DNA of 63,268 nt, the filler included, from Choristocarpus tenellus KU-1152 (Eukaryota > Protista > Phaeophyceae), in the NCBI GenBank assembly GCA_964200185.2. It is 9 parts of 9 records of this genome, joined end to end, with 100 filler letters (N's around TTAATTAATTAA, not from the genome) between each part and the next. Parts side by side here need not be neighbours in the genome. Positions count along the whole stretch, not along the records: positions 21,703 to 28,260 come from CAXNAD020007872.1; positions 28,361 to 40,550 come from CAXNAD020001932.1; 7 more parts are not named here. One strand, given 5' to 3'. Positions within the stretch are counted from its first letter, which is position 1; each line of letters starts with the position of its first letter. Shown here piece by piece: positions 27,556 through 39,477 of this stretch. The translations under genes and the position numbers were made by a program. The notes under the pieces are model-generated. The model saw only the letters and a program-made list of their open reading frames with translations, ran no database searches and had not been told where the DNA came from.

Positions 27556-28198
27556 GGACCCAAGCCCCACTCGACCTGCTTCCTTAATCGTTCCTCTTCT
27601 GAAGGACCTTCTTGAACTTGACTGTCCTTCTGCCCTTCCTCCGTGTCTCTCCTTTTGACATCCCCTTGTGGATCTTCTTGCTCGCCCTCGGTCAGAAGAA
27701 CTTGTCTGACGGTCTCCACCTGTTTCACACTTGTTGCCATCAGACAATATTTTGTCCCAGTGCTACAGTTGTTTCGGCGCATCAGCCTCATTGGCATGCC
27801 AGACTTCCATAAAGTGCTTGCGAGATCATCCTCCACAAGCCTACCTGTGCCACCTCCTTGATCTAATCTGGAAGTAAGTGCGCCTCATTCTTCTTCAACT
27901 GGGATCCTGAAATACTCAAAATCTTGGATGTTCGACTGCCAATTTTCTCTGGTACTGTCCCCCTGCCTCGTCTTGTTTTCCCCACTAATGCTGCAAGTTC
28001 TCCAAAAGAGTAGGTCATGGTTTGGGCAAGCTTTAACCTTCCAAAACATTAGCTACAACAATTAATTCTCAGTTTTCATACTACCCTGTCCTTTACGAAT
28101 AAGTGGTAGTACTCATATGAATTTCATACATTTTATGTATATTTCAACATGTATTAAATTAAACATCATTTGTAAATAGTAACTAAAATACACAAGTA

Positions 28199-28260
28199 AC
28201 AGTGGATTCGCAAAATTGAGGATGGAGCGGGACTATGAGGATGGTTGTTTTGCGAAAACG
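28199..28260. repeat. Terminus of another repeat family (CAGTGGATTCGCAAAATTGAGG...), second copy at 53043-53160
   Basis: ~60-nt high similarity between two contig ends. Confidence 0.65.
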
Positions 28261-28360
28261 NNNNNNNNNNNNNNNNNNNNNNNNNNNNNNNNNNNNNNNN
28301 NNNNTTAATTAATTAANNNNNNNNNNNNNNNNNNNNNNNNNNNNNNNNNNNNNNNNNNNN

Positions 28361-28418
28361 AACCCTAACCCTAACCCTAACCCTAACCCTAACCCTAACC
28401 CTAACCCTAACCCTAACC

Positions 28419-28450
<32 letters not shown>

Positions 28451-28462
28451 CAAACCCTAACC

Positions 28463-28551
<89 letters not shown>

Positions 28552-28577
28552 GACCCTAACCCTTAACCTAACCCTAA
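28361..28577. repeat. Telomere-type array (CCCTAA)n with CCCTAAA variants at contig start
   Basis: ~35 units, degenerating inward; C-rich strand orientation fits a left chromosome end. Confidence 0.85.
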
Positions 28578-29777
28578 GACCAACCCCATCACCAACCCCT
28601 ACTTCTTGTCTTTCCATAGTCCTCAATTGGTGGGTCCATCGTACTATTTCGAACATGTGTTTGGATGGCGTATAACATTCATTCTTATTATCATCATTGA
28701 AGAGGTGAATAGTGCTGATCGATCCCTCAATAGACATTTTTCGTGTTGTACAGCATTTGTTGATATTTATGTAAATATTCATTTGGATAGGTTAGAAGAG
28801 CTTAGAGGTCTAAGATGTGCCTCGACTTTGCTAGAGATTCTTCGCATCCCACCCAAAGACACACAATTGTGGAAACAAAATATTTTACGTTATGGGTGGA
28901 TCACCCTCTTCTGGTGAAGCACAACTAACCCTAAGTGATACGCTGTCATTCGTCTTGAAACACTCGAACAAAACAAGTGCAGAAACTAAAGTCGAAAAAT
29001 TGAAAACTTGACCTGCACTCAATCCATACAAAACTATTACCATTTTTTTTTTGTGATCACCCTTCTTGCATGATATTTGCACCAAAATTAACCCTAAGAC
29101 AAAAGACACGGAGACTGCACCTAGCTAGGAACTAAAATCTTGACAGAAACATAGGGACAGTGGTTCATGGAGGGGTGTTGTACAATACGATGATGGAAGA
29201 ACAATGCACACACATTTATATAAATACCCACACGAAGCCACACCTGGAAAAACTCTTCTAAATATGTAGGTGTATTCATTCATATTTAACATTGAGCATA
29301 TATATATATATGTACAGGTCGACATGAAATAACCAACAAAAATAATTCCCACTCACATGAACATGTCAATGCGTCGGTGATGGTGAATTTTCGTGTTGCC
29401 AGGGGGGATTACCTTACGATGCAAACTCAACTAATATACTGACTGGTCTCTTTGCCCTCTCATGTAAACTCTAATCAAATATTTTTTATTCCTTCACAAT
29501 GAACAGATATGAACGCATCTTCGACCAAGGTCAAGGTGTGTCATTCAACCTCAAGTCGGTTATATATGCCAGAGATGGATAGAGAGCCAGCAGCCCATGC
29601 AGGTGCATTTATTGATGATATAGATCCTTGCACAAACAACTCTCCATGATAACAGAGCTTGAACTTGACATGGACTGCAGTCATTCTTGTACCAAGTACC
29701 AAAAGACTTCAAAGTAGAACAACTAAAACCAGCCGTAGTTGGTTAGCACCAGAGATAGTTGAGATTGGGTGGACAGT

Positions 29778-32700
29778 CTACTTGGTGGTGCTGTCCAACC
29801 GGACAGCTACAACCATATCAGTTGTGAACAGCTTTCCTTCGCAAGCAGCCCTGACAGTAAAGCAGAAAACTATAATCGCCAATGCTGTGGAAGCTCCTCC
29901 CATGAACAGTCCAATTGCAGCCAAAACACTGCTTTTATGGGCAGCTGCGTACGCGAGAGTTGCTGTGGCGAATGTAGCAGCTGTGATGTGATGTCAGGTG
30001 AGAGGGAAGATACAGCACACAATGTGAGCAGTCAGGGGAGGTATCAGTAAGACCATTGTTGTTGGGAGATAAAGGGCAAATGTAAGACTAGAGCCAATGC
30101 AGGAGATGTATTAGATAAGAGGCAAAAAATCTCAAGGACTCTTTTCAGCTTTTTGGTGAAGTAAATATTGACGAGAATTGACTGTTTTTTTATCAGGATA
30201 TACAAAATATGTATCACATACGAAGGTGACCCGAGCATTTAGTGCCTTGGTGAAGATAAAGTCGAGTCGCAAAGCTGACGAGAAGACCAGACAAGAATTA
30301 GTAGTAGGGGAGTAGTAGGATTAGGAGAATATGTCTGGGGTATGCTCTCTAGCTTGCAAGGTACAGAACTGCTGATCTTACTGTACTGTGTCCATCTTTT
30401 CAGCATGCAATAATGCAGAATCTAAGTCAAACGATAAATTCGCTGTTATGAATTGTACTCACAGGGAAAAGCATACGCCCACCAAGCAAGGCTGAAGCCG
30501 GCCTTGCTGAAGAATACACCGTGGCCAACCACCAAGAATACATACATGAACAGCGAGATGAAGTACAGGCATTTCGCGAGGCTATCGAATTCTCCAGCAA
30601 TGCCTGCCCATGCCAGCGCTCCAGCCGCAGGAGGAGCCACAAACAGAAAGAATATTGGATGCAGGTTGTGCGATATGGGAAGCGGAGCACCAATATCCTT
30701 CTTGGAGCACGTATCAACCTCTTTCTTCATGGCAGGCGTTTTCTCAGGGTTAGGCACCACTTGCCTCCTCCTCATCGGGTCTAATTCACTTTTCCGAGTG
30801 GGCTTGGGTTGACCCCCTGTTGTTGTCGAATCTACATCTATTGGCTGCTTTCTTGTCCAATTCACTTCCTCTGTGCTCCGTGATGGTGTTGATGTTCTAT
30901 CATATTCCTGCATATCTCGAACCCCTGTCACTGACCTAGGTCGCCTTCCACCAACCACAGAAGGTACTGTAACACTCGCTGCAGGTGCCTCATGTTCAGA
31001 GGAATCTGAGCTCATACCAAAGGTTGGCCTGGTAACTGTTGGGCCTGGAAAATGTGGCATAAAACCATCCACACCACCCCTAGAATCACCATGTCCATCG
31101 TCGACAGTGGTCACCTGTTGGGTCCTTTCAAGTATACCTGCAGTCAATCCATGACTACCTTCACTATCATTGCTCAGCTCTGACATATCCGTAGTACCCC
31201 CAATGCTTGAGCCCCCAGACTGTGAATCCGGGTGAGCATTGGTCTCACTTTCAACCCTCTCTTTCTCACTTTTTTCTGATGGATTTGAAGTAACAGCAAA
31301 TGCGGAATTATTCTGTCCAAACGAGGGTGTGTTTGTGGAGAATGATTAGCTGCAGTTGAGCAAGGCCACTCTCATCATCGACATTGTACAGCTTGCTAAC
31401 CTCTATCCCATGATGAGGCACAAAAAAACCCTTTGAACAGTTCTACAACGGTTGTAGTACCTCTCCAGTACCTCTAGTACTTCGATACTACTGGACATTG
31501 GGAAATTTGGTCTGCACAATAGAGAGTACAACTATGTGGCACAGAGCCATTCTGCAAGGGAATGAACAAGAACATAAGGACAAGCCACCCCCGCATGCAC
31601 AACATCATAATATAAGCATATGAATATCTAGTAGTGTTCAATGTGCCATGATTCAAGGGCAGAGGAACACTTATTTGGCATGTACCAAAACACAAGTCAA
31701 AAAAGACGGTAGACAAATCAGTTCTAAGAAGTTGCAAGAGGTGAGACAGCTTAAGCACACCTAAGCACACAGAATAAGGATTATCCTCCCCACTCTCATC
31801 GATGCCCTCAACCCCAATAATAGTATACAAAAAACACCTAAACTTCAAATTTGTGTCCAAATTTGTCAGCAAATGCCCCACCCATCTTCCCATGTATTTC
31901 CTTTAATATATACCTCCTCCTCCACAGCAACAATCATCAAAACCTAACCTGCACTGCGAAGAACACCATCAGCTGGTACACGGTGCCCACAGCAAAGAAG
32001 AAGAGGGACAGCTCACCACATATCGTCTTCATCAGGTCTGAGCCACGAACCTTGCAAAGCAAATGAAAATGTGTCAAGGGCAGTGTGTGAGACTATCAAA
32101 TCGGGTTCAAGTTGCGTTCTCAACTGAATAGGTCTGTCTGTGCCTACCTATTCCTCTCAGAGAAGGGATGAGAGAAGAATGGTTAGAGATGATCAAGATG
32201 CTATTTCCTAATTGTTAGGTAAAAGAAGGTATCCCTTCTGATGGTGCTCTTACTTGGGTGGCGGATACTGCGTACATTCACTGCTATGTTTACCAAGCCC
32301 CCTACATGCTGTTGGTCAAGGATGAGTTAATCATAAGTAGCTTGCATTACTACCAGGATATCTATTGCAATTAATATAAAGGACTCAAGGAGGACAAGGA
32401 AAATCTTCTAAATTGCCACTATTGTAGGAAAAAACAAATGAAGAATTCGATTTTTGATGTGCACCCTTCTGTTCCCAATCATGCTTATGGACTCCAAAAA
32501 ATGTCTAAATGCAGGCAATAACAAGCACATCCAACCTTCAAAGAGACCTTCCTTGTCATGTACAATAAACGGGTGACTGCATAATGCTGCAAAACAATTC
32601 ACAGTACGGATGAATTGTTGCAAGAGGCAGTTACGTTTTTCCCGCCATTAGTCCCTATTTTTAGTGGTTTTCATTATTACCAAACAACAGTGGTAAATGG

Positions 32701-35700
32701 GTAAGCTGTGCTTTACCTCTGTTAGTACAATAGGAAGAGATTCATTTTATACATTTTAGGAGTCGCCTTGTTCATATGAGAAATAGGGGATGTTGACTGT
32801 ATTCTGGTAAGACGAAACACAATTAACACATCTTGTTCGTATTGAATGAAAATTAGTGAAAGTATCTTAGAGGGTACGAGGTTTTCCCTGTTTGTCCATT
32901 TGGGGCTTGGTTTCTCATGGGTATTTCTACGACATTTTCCTGCTCCAAAATGTTTAGGAGTAGATAAAATGTATACATTATGAAAAGGTGTGTCTGGAAC
33001 ATGGACATTGACACATCCTAACTAACACGATAGCCAAAATTACATCGAAAACGCAACATTGGATTTTGGGTCCCAGTTGGACGCGGCTCTACCCTCTAAG
33101 ATACTTTGGCTCATATGACACCCCAGTTAGACTCACCCGCGTACCCATGCTGCTTGCAAGGAAATTTCCAATAACAGACATCTGGTATGTGGGGTTTGCC
33201 TTCTTGAGTGAGCTACTCTGATTGAACAGCCACTTGCCATACATCTTGGTCTCCATGATCAGAACACATGCAGATAGAATAATAAAAGCAGAGAGTGGCA
33301 CCTCCCCTCCCATATCCAACACTGTTCATCACACCAGCAAAGTGGGGCAGGGGGCAGGCGAAAATTCAGACCCAACTGCACCACAAGGAAAGTAATAGGG
33401 GGGAACTGTGCCTGGATAACAGGGGTGAGCTGTACCCGATATGAATAACAGTGCTGTTTAAACATAAATACAAGTTATATAAACGCAAACAAGAGTGCAA
33501 TGAGGGACCTCCACATTTCTGCCTTGTATTGTTTACCTGCCAAAGGAGAGTAAGGCTGGCCATTGAGCAAGGTCATGGCAGCCAACAACGGAGCAAAGAA
33601 AAAGCTGGAGCGAATGGGGTGTGCCCACTCACGCTGCACAGCTCCCCAGTAGAGGACCGCTAAAAAAGGGGAACAGAAATCTGTTTCAATGATGTATGTG
33701 ATTGCATGTTGTGAGCTGGATTGTTGATGGCTAGTGGGGTGGGTGGGACAGGGAGCTGAGTAGGACATGGAGCTTGGTCAGAGTTTAAACAAAGAATAAA
33801 AGGTAGCATGGTCAGAGAAGCAATTTCATCACAATAGAAAGTGGTATATATGAATGTTGCATGGAGCCATTAGCATGAATTCACTCTGCAATCTTCCTCA
33901 CCAAACGCAGAGCTGTTCTATCTTAGTGGGGGGTGTCATTGAGTATGCCTGTGAGGGTCCTGAAACTGCCTTCTGGTACATGTGCTTTTAGCACTCTTTC
34001 TAGGGCTGACTTTCCTAATGTGTAGACAAGCCTTTGTCTCCTCTCCTACAGTCAGGCACAGCTTTTCAAGTGGGGATAGATACATTTCAGTTAGAATTAT
34101 ATGGGAAATGGGGTATCAGGCAGAAGGTCTTAGAAGTCCAAAATACTTTAAGGCGTTAGGGTTTAGGGTTAAGGGGCCTGTACACACCCTCCTCCAAGCT
34201 AAAATGGCTCACCTCAATGTTAACAGATCTCATGGGAATATATGCAACAAGTGGAATACAGCTATGGCACTGCACACAAATATAGGGACAAGTGATGAAA
34301 AGGAACTCAATGCCGGAGATGGAGATACACAGATGTGTGCATCACATCATTTCGAGCATTCAAGCCTTTGACTCGTCCGTAATGGTTCTCACCTTGGCAG
34401 CGTATGCCAACAAGGTCATAGCCAATAATATGACCCCAAACACCCAGAAGATCCACTGCACAAAGTGAGCATAGTTCCGTCCTTCCATCATATCCATCAT
34501 CCGATTGGAGCTGGCTATCGCACCCCACAGCAGGGCCTGTGGCAGAGAATGCAAGCCGGTTACAGATGTCAGGAGTTCATTCCAGTTGCTGTATTGCTCT
34601 TTTGAGTTTCTCTTTCACCCCTTCCACAACATATCACCTCGACAGAAGGGACTCCTCACTGCTATTTCACTGTTCAACCAGAGGCGTAACAGTTACAATT
34701 ACAAAAGTACTGTTCACGGGTGACATCAAACATTTGCACTATACATTTTCTCCATCCAGCATTTGGGCTCCTGTTTGGCACGAACTTTGAATGTTACCGG
34801 TATCCCAACTACTACGAAGTATGAAAGAATCGATATGTCAACATCACGTCTCCCCCAATTCCACTTTACTATTCAACAGCAATACAAGTTTGGGCATACT
34901 TCACCTGTGCTGCAAAGCCCAATGCAATGCCAAATGTGTTAACCTTGAGTCGCAGCAAGAATGGCCTGCCACACAGAGCATCATTACCCAGCAAAAATTA
35001 GGGTTGTAAATTGGTTGGGCTGGAGACAAAAGATGAGCATGTGTTTGACCTGGTCGATTAATTGTGGTCAATGGTTTGAGTCCTGGTTCCACGAGGAAAG
35101 GAGGCTGCCCGGCCAGCAAAGGGCCAACGCAAAGCGATCAATTATAGAGTGATGACAATCTAAAATTTACATCATGTTCCTTGGCAAAATAACATTTGTA
35201 CAGGAAATGGGGAGAGGTTTTTCTACCTGCAACAGGTCCACACTATGGAGAAACTTTCTTTTTGTTCAAATGCTCAGATAGTAGTAGAAAATCAATTAGC
35301 AAAATATTGGTTACTTAGTGAGTATATTGCTGATTCTTCACAGTGATTTATGGAATTATCACCAACTATATAGACTGACTCAATGATGCCAGTACTCTCA
35401 ACAGATAACAGAACTGCTACTTTCAAGGTATGAACACCAGTAGCGTTCTTGTCCCAGTTCCCCCCTTCTGATAAGGTTCCAACGATATGTACAGTGTAGC
35501 TCGTAACCAGGCATACATCTGTATATTCAAGCACGCAAATACTGTAGCAAATAGACCCAATCAATGATACTCTACACCGATGGTCAAGCCCCAAAAAACA
35601 TTAGGCAACGAGGCTAGAAAAAAAAACATCTGGAGTCATGAACACATGGATTACTCACCAACGGCCTTCCATAGTGGAGTTTTCAATATATGTGGCATCA

Positions 35701-35768
35701 GGACGGGGTTGGTCTAGCTCTACACCTTCGAGGGCATTGGAAAAGGTGTTGTAGTTCGCCAGGTGAGT
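29778..35768 (-). CDS. SLAC1/SLAH-like (TDT family) anion channel, 5' end uncertain; exons 35768-35659, 34965-34905, 34536-34393, ~33660-33537, 33321-33137, 32050-31949, 31312-30463, 29980-29778
   Basis: Motifs ALEGVELD...WPFLLRLKVNTFGIALG, REWAHPIRSSFFFAP, ANPTYQMSVIGNF, LHPIFFLFVAPPAAG, FSLAWWAYAFP, LFTTDMVVAV; splice phases fit except one junction (see findings). Confidence 0.92.
32854..33112. mobile_element. MITE family A copy (intronic in SLAC1-like gene)
   Basis: TIRs and conserved interior. Confidence 0.9.
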
Positions 35769-35965
35769 CTGGCGTGGGACGGTAGCAGAGACAGGGACAA
35801 GGGAATAAACTGTGAGGTTAACGAAACGTCCAAAGCGAGGAGGGCAAATATGGCCCAAGAAAAACATGCGCATGGTGATACATAGCTACGGGTGATAATA
35901 TTCAGGATATGCAGTTCAGCTTAAGGATTTGTAGTGGATCCAGAGAAAGATCGTTATGGACCGAG

Positions 35966-36243
35966 GAGCAAAACTATCTTAGAGGGTAAGAGGTTTGCTC
36001 TGTCCATTTGGGGTTTGGCTTCCCATGGGTTATTTTATGACATTTTCCTACTCCAAACTGTTTTTTTTCTACTCCAAACTGTTTTTGGAGTAGGTGAAAT
36101 GTATACGTTATGAAAAGGTGTGTGCGGAACAAGGATATTGACCCTTACTAACAAACACGATAGCCAAAATTACATCAAAATCGCAAAATTGGATTTTGGC
36201 CCCCAAATTAGACACGGCCCTACCCTCTAGGATACTTTGGCTC
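35966..36243. mobile_element. MITE family A copy, TSD CGAG, internal ~20-bp tandem duplication
   Basis: TIRs, 4-bp TSD. Confidence 0.92.
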
Positions 36244-36841
36244 CGAGCCAGTCACACCCAAGATCACGTTTGCAAACTGTCATACTTGGAGCTCTACGTT
36301 AAGGCTCTTGAGCTCTGGTGTTTCAAAATGAACTGAAAGATTCGATGAGGTTCTAAATTATCCGCTGGTTCGTGTGGAAATAATGACGACTGAAAATAGT
36401 GTTAGGGTGTCGAGAAAAGCACGGGGAGTTGCATGAGAAAAGGTGCAATGTCGCTAGTTTATATGGGGATTTAGGGAGACATGAAGATGGGACACTGTCA
36501 GTCCTTGTACTGAACTTGAATTCAGGAGTCACAGGTATCAGCTCTTCCATATGTTACTATCAAGAGGGGTGCAGCTCCTCGACTGTCACGGGGCCTTTTT
36601 TATCTCTTGCCTGAAAAGTTGTTGATGATGCATGACGGTTCTGTACCATCAAATGAGCGCTTTGCCTTGGCTCAAATGAGGTTTCTCCTCCATTGCCGTT
36701 GCGCTGAGATTGCATACCTCGCCCAGAATTGAGACGAAACCTGGAATAGGAAACGAGTGGAGCGATCGGGACGGTAATCACCCGTTCAGTGCTGTAGCGT
36801 TGAGATTGCAAACTTCGGGTAGCGTTGAGATTGCAAACTTC

Positions 36842-37019
36842 GGGTCAAAGTGTCTGGGGGGGGTGGCGGCTGTCTATTTGGGGCCAATTTTTCATATCAC
36901 GACTTTTGGGTGATTTGGTTGCATACGTCGGATGAATAATGAAAGTGCGCTTTTCCTGGTTATGACCCAAATGAACATCCTGGTGTAGACCCTCCCTCCC
37001 CCCCAAGATACTTTGGGTC
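36842..37019. mobile_element. MITE family B copy
   Basis: Interior matches reverse complement of 27377-27555. Confidence 0.85.
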
Positions 37020-39219
37020 GCTCCCTCTGAGTTGGGACGAAATCTGGCCTGGGCAACGAGTGGAGTGATGGGGGCGGGTACCCAACGACCGCGCTCGATT
37101 TGAATGCATCTTCACGAAAGAACTGTAGGATAAGGTAAAACCTGACCAACAAACGTACCTCATCGCTATGAGGCAACTATTGATATTGCGGAATATCAAG
37201 TACCAAACTTGTTTCAAGCCCCAACGCACCTAAAAGAGGACAATTCAAGGTCGACATTATCTTCACTGTCAGAGTGGTAACGATCATCCAACCGGTTCAT
37301 GGGGCGCCTCGAGCGTGGTCTCATGTTTGCTTACACACTTGATACAATTGTGTGAGGAGTACCACCATAGGTGTAGTCAGCAAATACCTTTTCCCCAACT
37401 CACCATAAACTTGTTCCTGTTCGGCAAATGTTTTTACCGATATCCCGGCCTTTTTTAGAGTAATTCTGAATGAAAAATATCTCACCTACATAACCCCTCA
37501 GAAATATCTCTGGGTAACAGTGAGAGTTGAAAATACTACAAGAAATTGGTATGGAAATGGTTTTGAAGCTAACCCTAAGCAAAACCATAATAAAATGTTT
37601 TGGCATTCATCGCCAAAGTTTTTGGCTTGTCCGTCATCCTTTCGCCCCTATTTCGATATATCAAGTGGCATACATTGGAACTACATTTATCGATATCTGA
37701 TTCCCGATACACCCTGCAATTGACAGGGTTGATTAAGAGGTTCCATATCCCTTAAAGCGAAAATGTTTTTCCAGGGTTCAGGAAGAAGAAGAGGGTCTTG
37801 TGAACGTTCCAGGCTCGATTGAATATCTCACCAGTTGGGAGATATTCTCCTCCAAATACAAATAAATGACCAAAGTACAAATACAAAAAATCTAGGACTT
37901 CAAGGTCATAATGACGTTTATGGAACCGCCATTAAGTCACATCGCCTATAACACGTCCACTCAGTCCCTGAATCGATCACACACACCCTGCCCCTCCTCA
38001 CCTCTTCATATGCTACAATCTGTGTCATGTCTCAGCTCGTTCCTCATGTCAGGTACTCCATACTTTCTTTTTTTTTGTCTGTATCCCCCTAGCACCTGTT
38101 TCCTCTTACTTGTCCACTCAAGTGCATGTTATTCTCCTCTACTACCATTTTATTTTCTCTGTTCTTAGTTCTTTTGTCAGAATCTACCCCTATCCCAGAT
38201 AACTCCTAAATACACCACGACACTATATATGCTATGTAGTTGGTTCAATGTTTCATACCCTAGCTCACATAGTCATCTTCCAAGTTCCCCAGTCTATCCC
38301 TCAACTCTCATCCGCCCTACCTTGCACATGATACCTGCTAAATGTTGAGAGACGCATATGGTGCCATTGACCATCCCACAAGAATAATAGCCTCCTGTTA
38401 CCTTCATTCGTGCCACCTTGTCAAGGTACGTCACGCTTGCGGTCATGGGAAAAATCCACTATCTTTCCATGGCGTTCGCCGGAAAATCACCGCACGTCAC
38501 TCACCCACATTGGCCACATGGAGAGTGACAGATGTCTGCTCTGAACTATCATAGTGGGGTTTTGACCCCAGCATGGGAGGAATGGGGCTTATATAGGTGA
38601 AGAAGGCGACGCATTCATTTGAAGTTTAGCAAGAAACTCTTCTTCTCTGTTGCCACAGCCCTGATGACAAGCATTAATGTTCTGTCTAGCGCCCTCATTT
38701 CCACTCCACCATTAGTTCATATTTCTTAAAGGATGGCCACTGCTGCAGTTGACCTTGAGAATGCCGTTTCCTGAGGCTTTGACGAGCTCCTCTGCTCCTC
38801 CTGTCAGTGAGGGGCAGAGATCGGTAGGAGTTGTGAGAAGAAAGGCTGTTGGGGGAGGGTACAGAGGTGAACGGTGGAGGAACAGCACAGGTCAAGGGTG
38901 CATGAGCCAGTTAAGGGATATATCGGTGATTCTATTTGGGAAATGCAGATGGGGTCAAGGCAAATAATATTTTCAGGGAATGCAACCCGTAAGCGGGAAG
39001 CAGAAGATCTGCCCATATGGTTGTTGACATGAAAGGCAGAATCGTATGTTTCAACAGCCCTAGCATGATGATACGATCTTTCTGCTTACTTCATGAAGTA
39101 TTTTGTGTATATTTTACACATGTTTATTCTATTTCCAGCATAGACAACCCACTCTCAGCAAGTACATCCGTCCATACATCTGTGAAATTGTACAAAGATG
39201 ATGCTACTGTACTGCATCA

Positions 39220-39477
39220 GTGTCAAAGTATCTTAGAGGGTAGAGCCGCGTCCATTTGGAGGCCAAATCCAATGTTGCAATTTTGATGTAATTTTGGGTA
39301 TAATGTTTGTTAGGAGATGTCAATATCCATCTTGCGGACACACCTTTTCATAACATACACATTTTACATACTCCAAAACATTTTGGAGAAGGTAAAATGT
39401 CATTAAAAACCCGTGGGAAGTCAAGCCCCAAATGGACAAACAGGGAAAAACTCGTACCCTCTAAGATACTTTCACTC
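39220..39477. mobile_element. MITE family A copy, TSD ATCA
   Basis: TIRs, 4-bp TSD. Confidence 0.92.

Noticed and set aside
27420-27836. 138-aa minus-strand ORF
   Set aside because: Last third is MITE read-through; the remainder has no recognisable motif
29659-30050. Cys-rich plus-strand ORFs (GSCVRESCCGECSSC)
   Set aside because: Antisense shadow of the final SLAC1-like exon (29980-29778)
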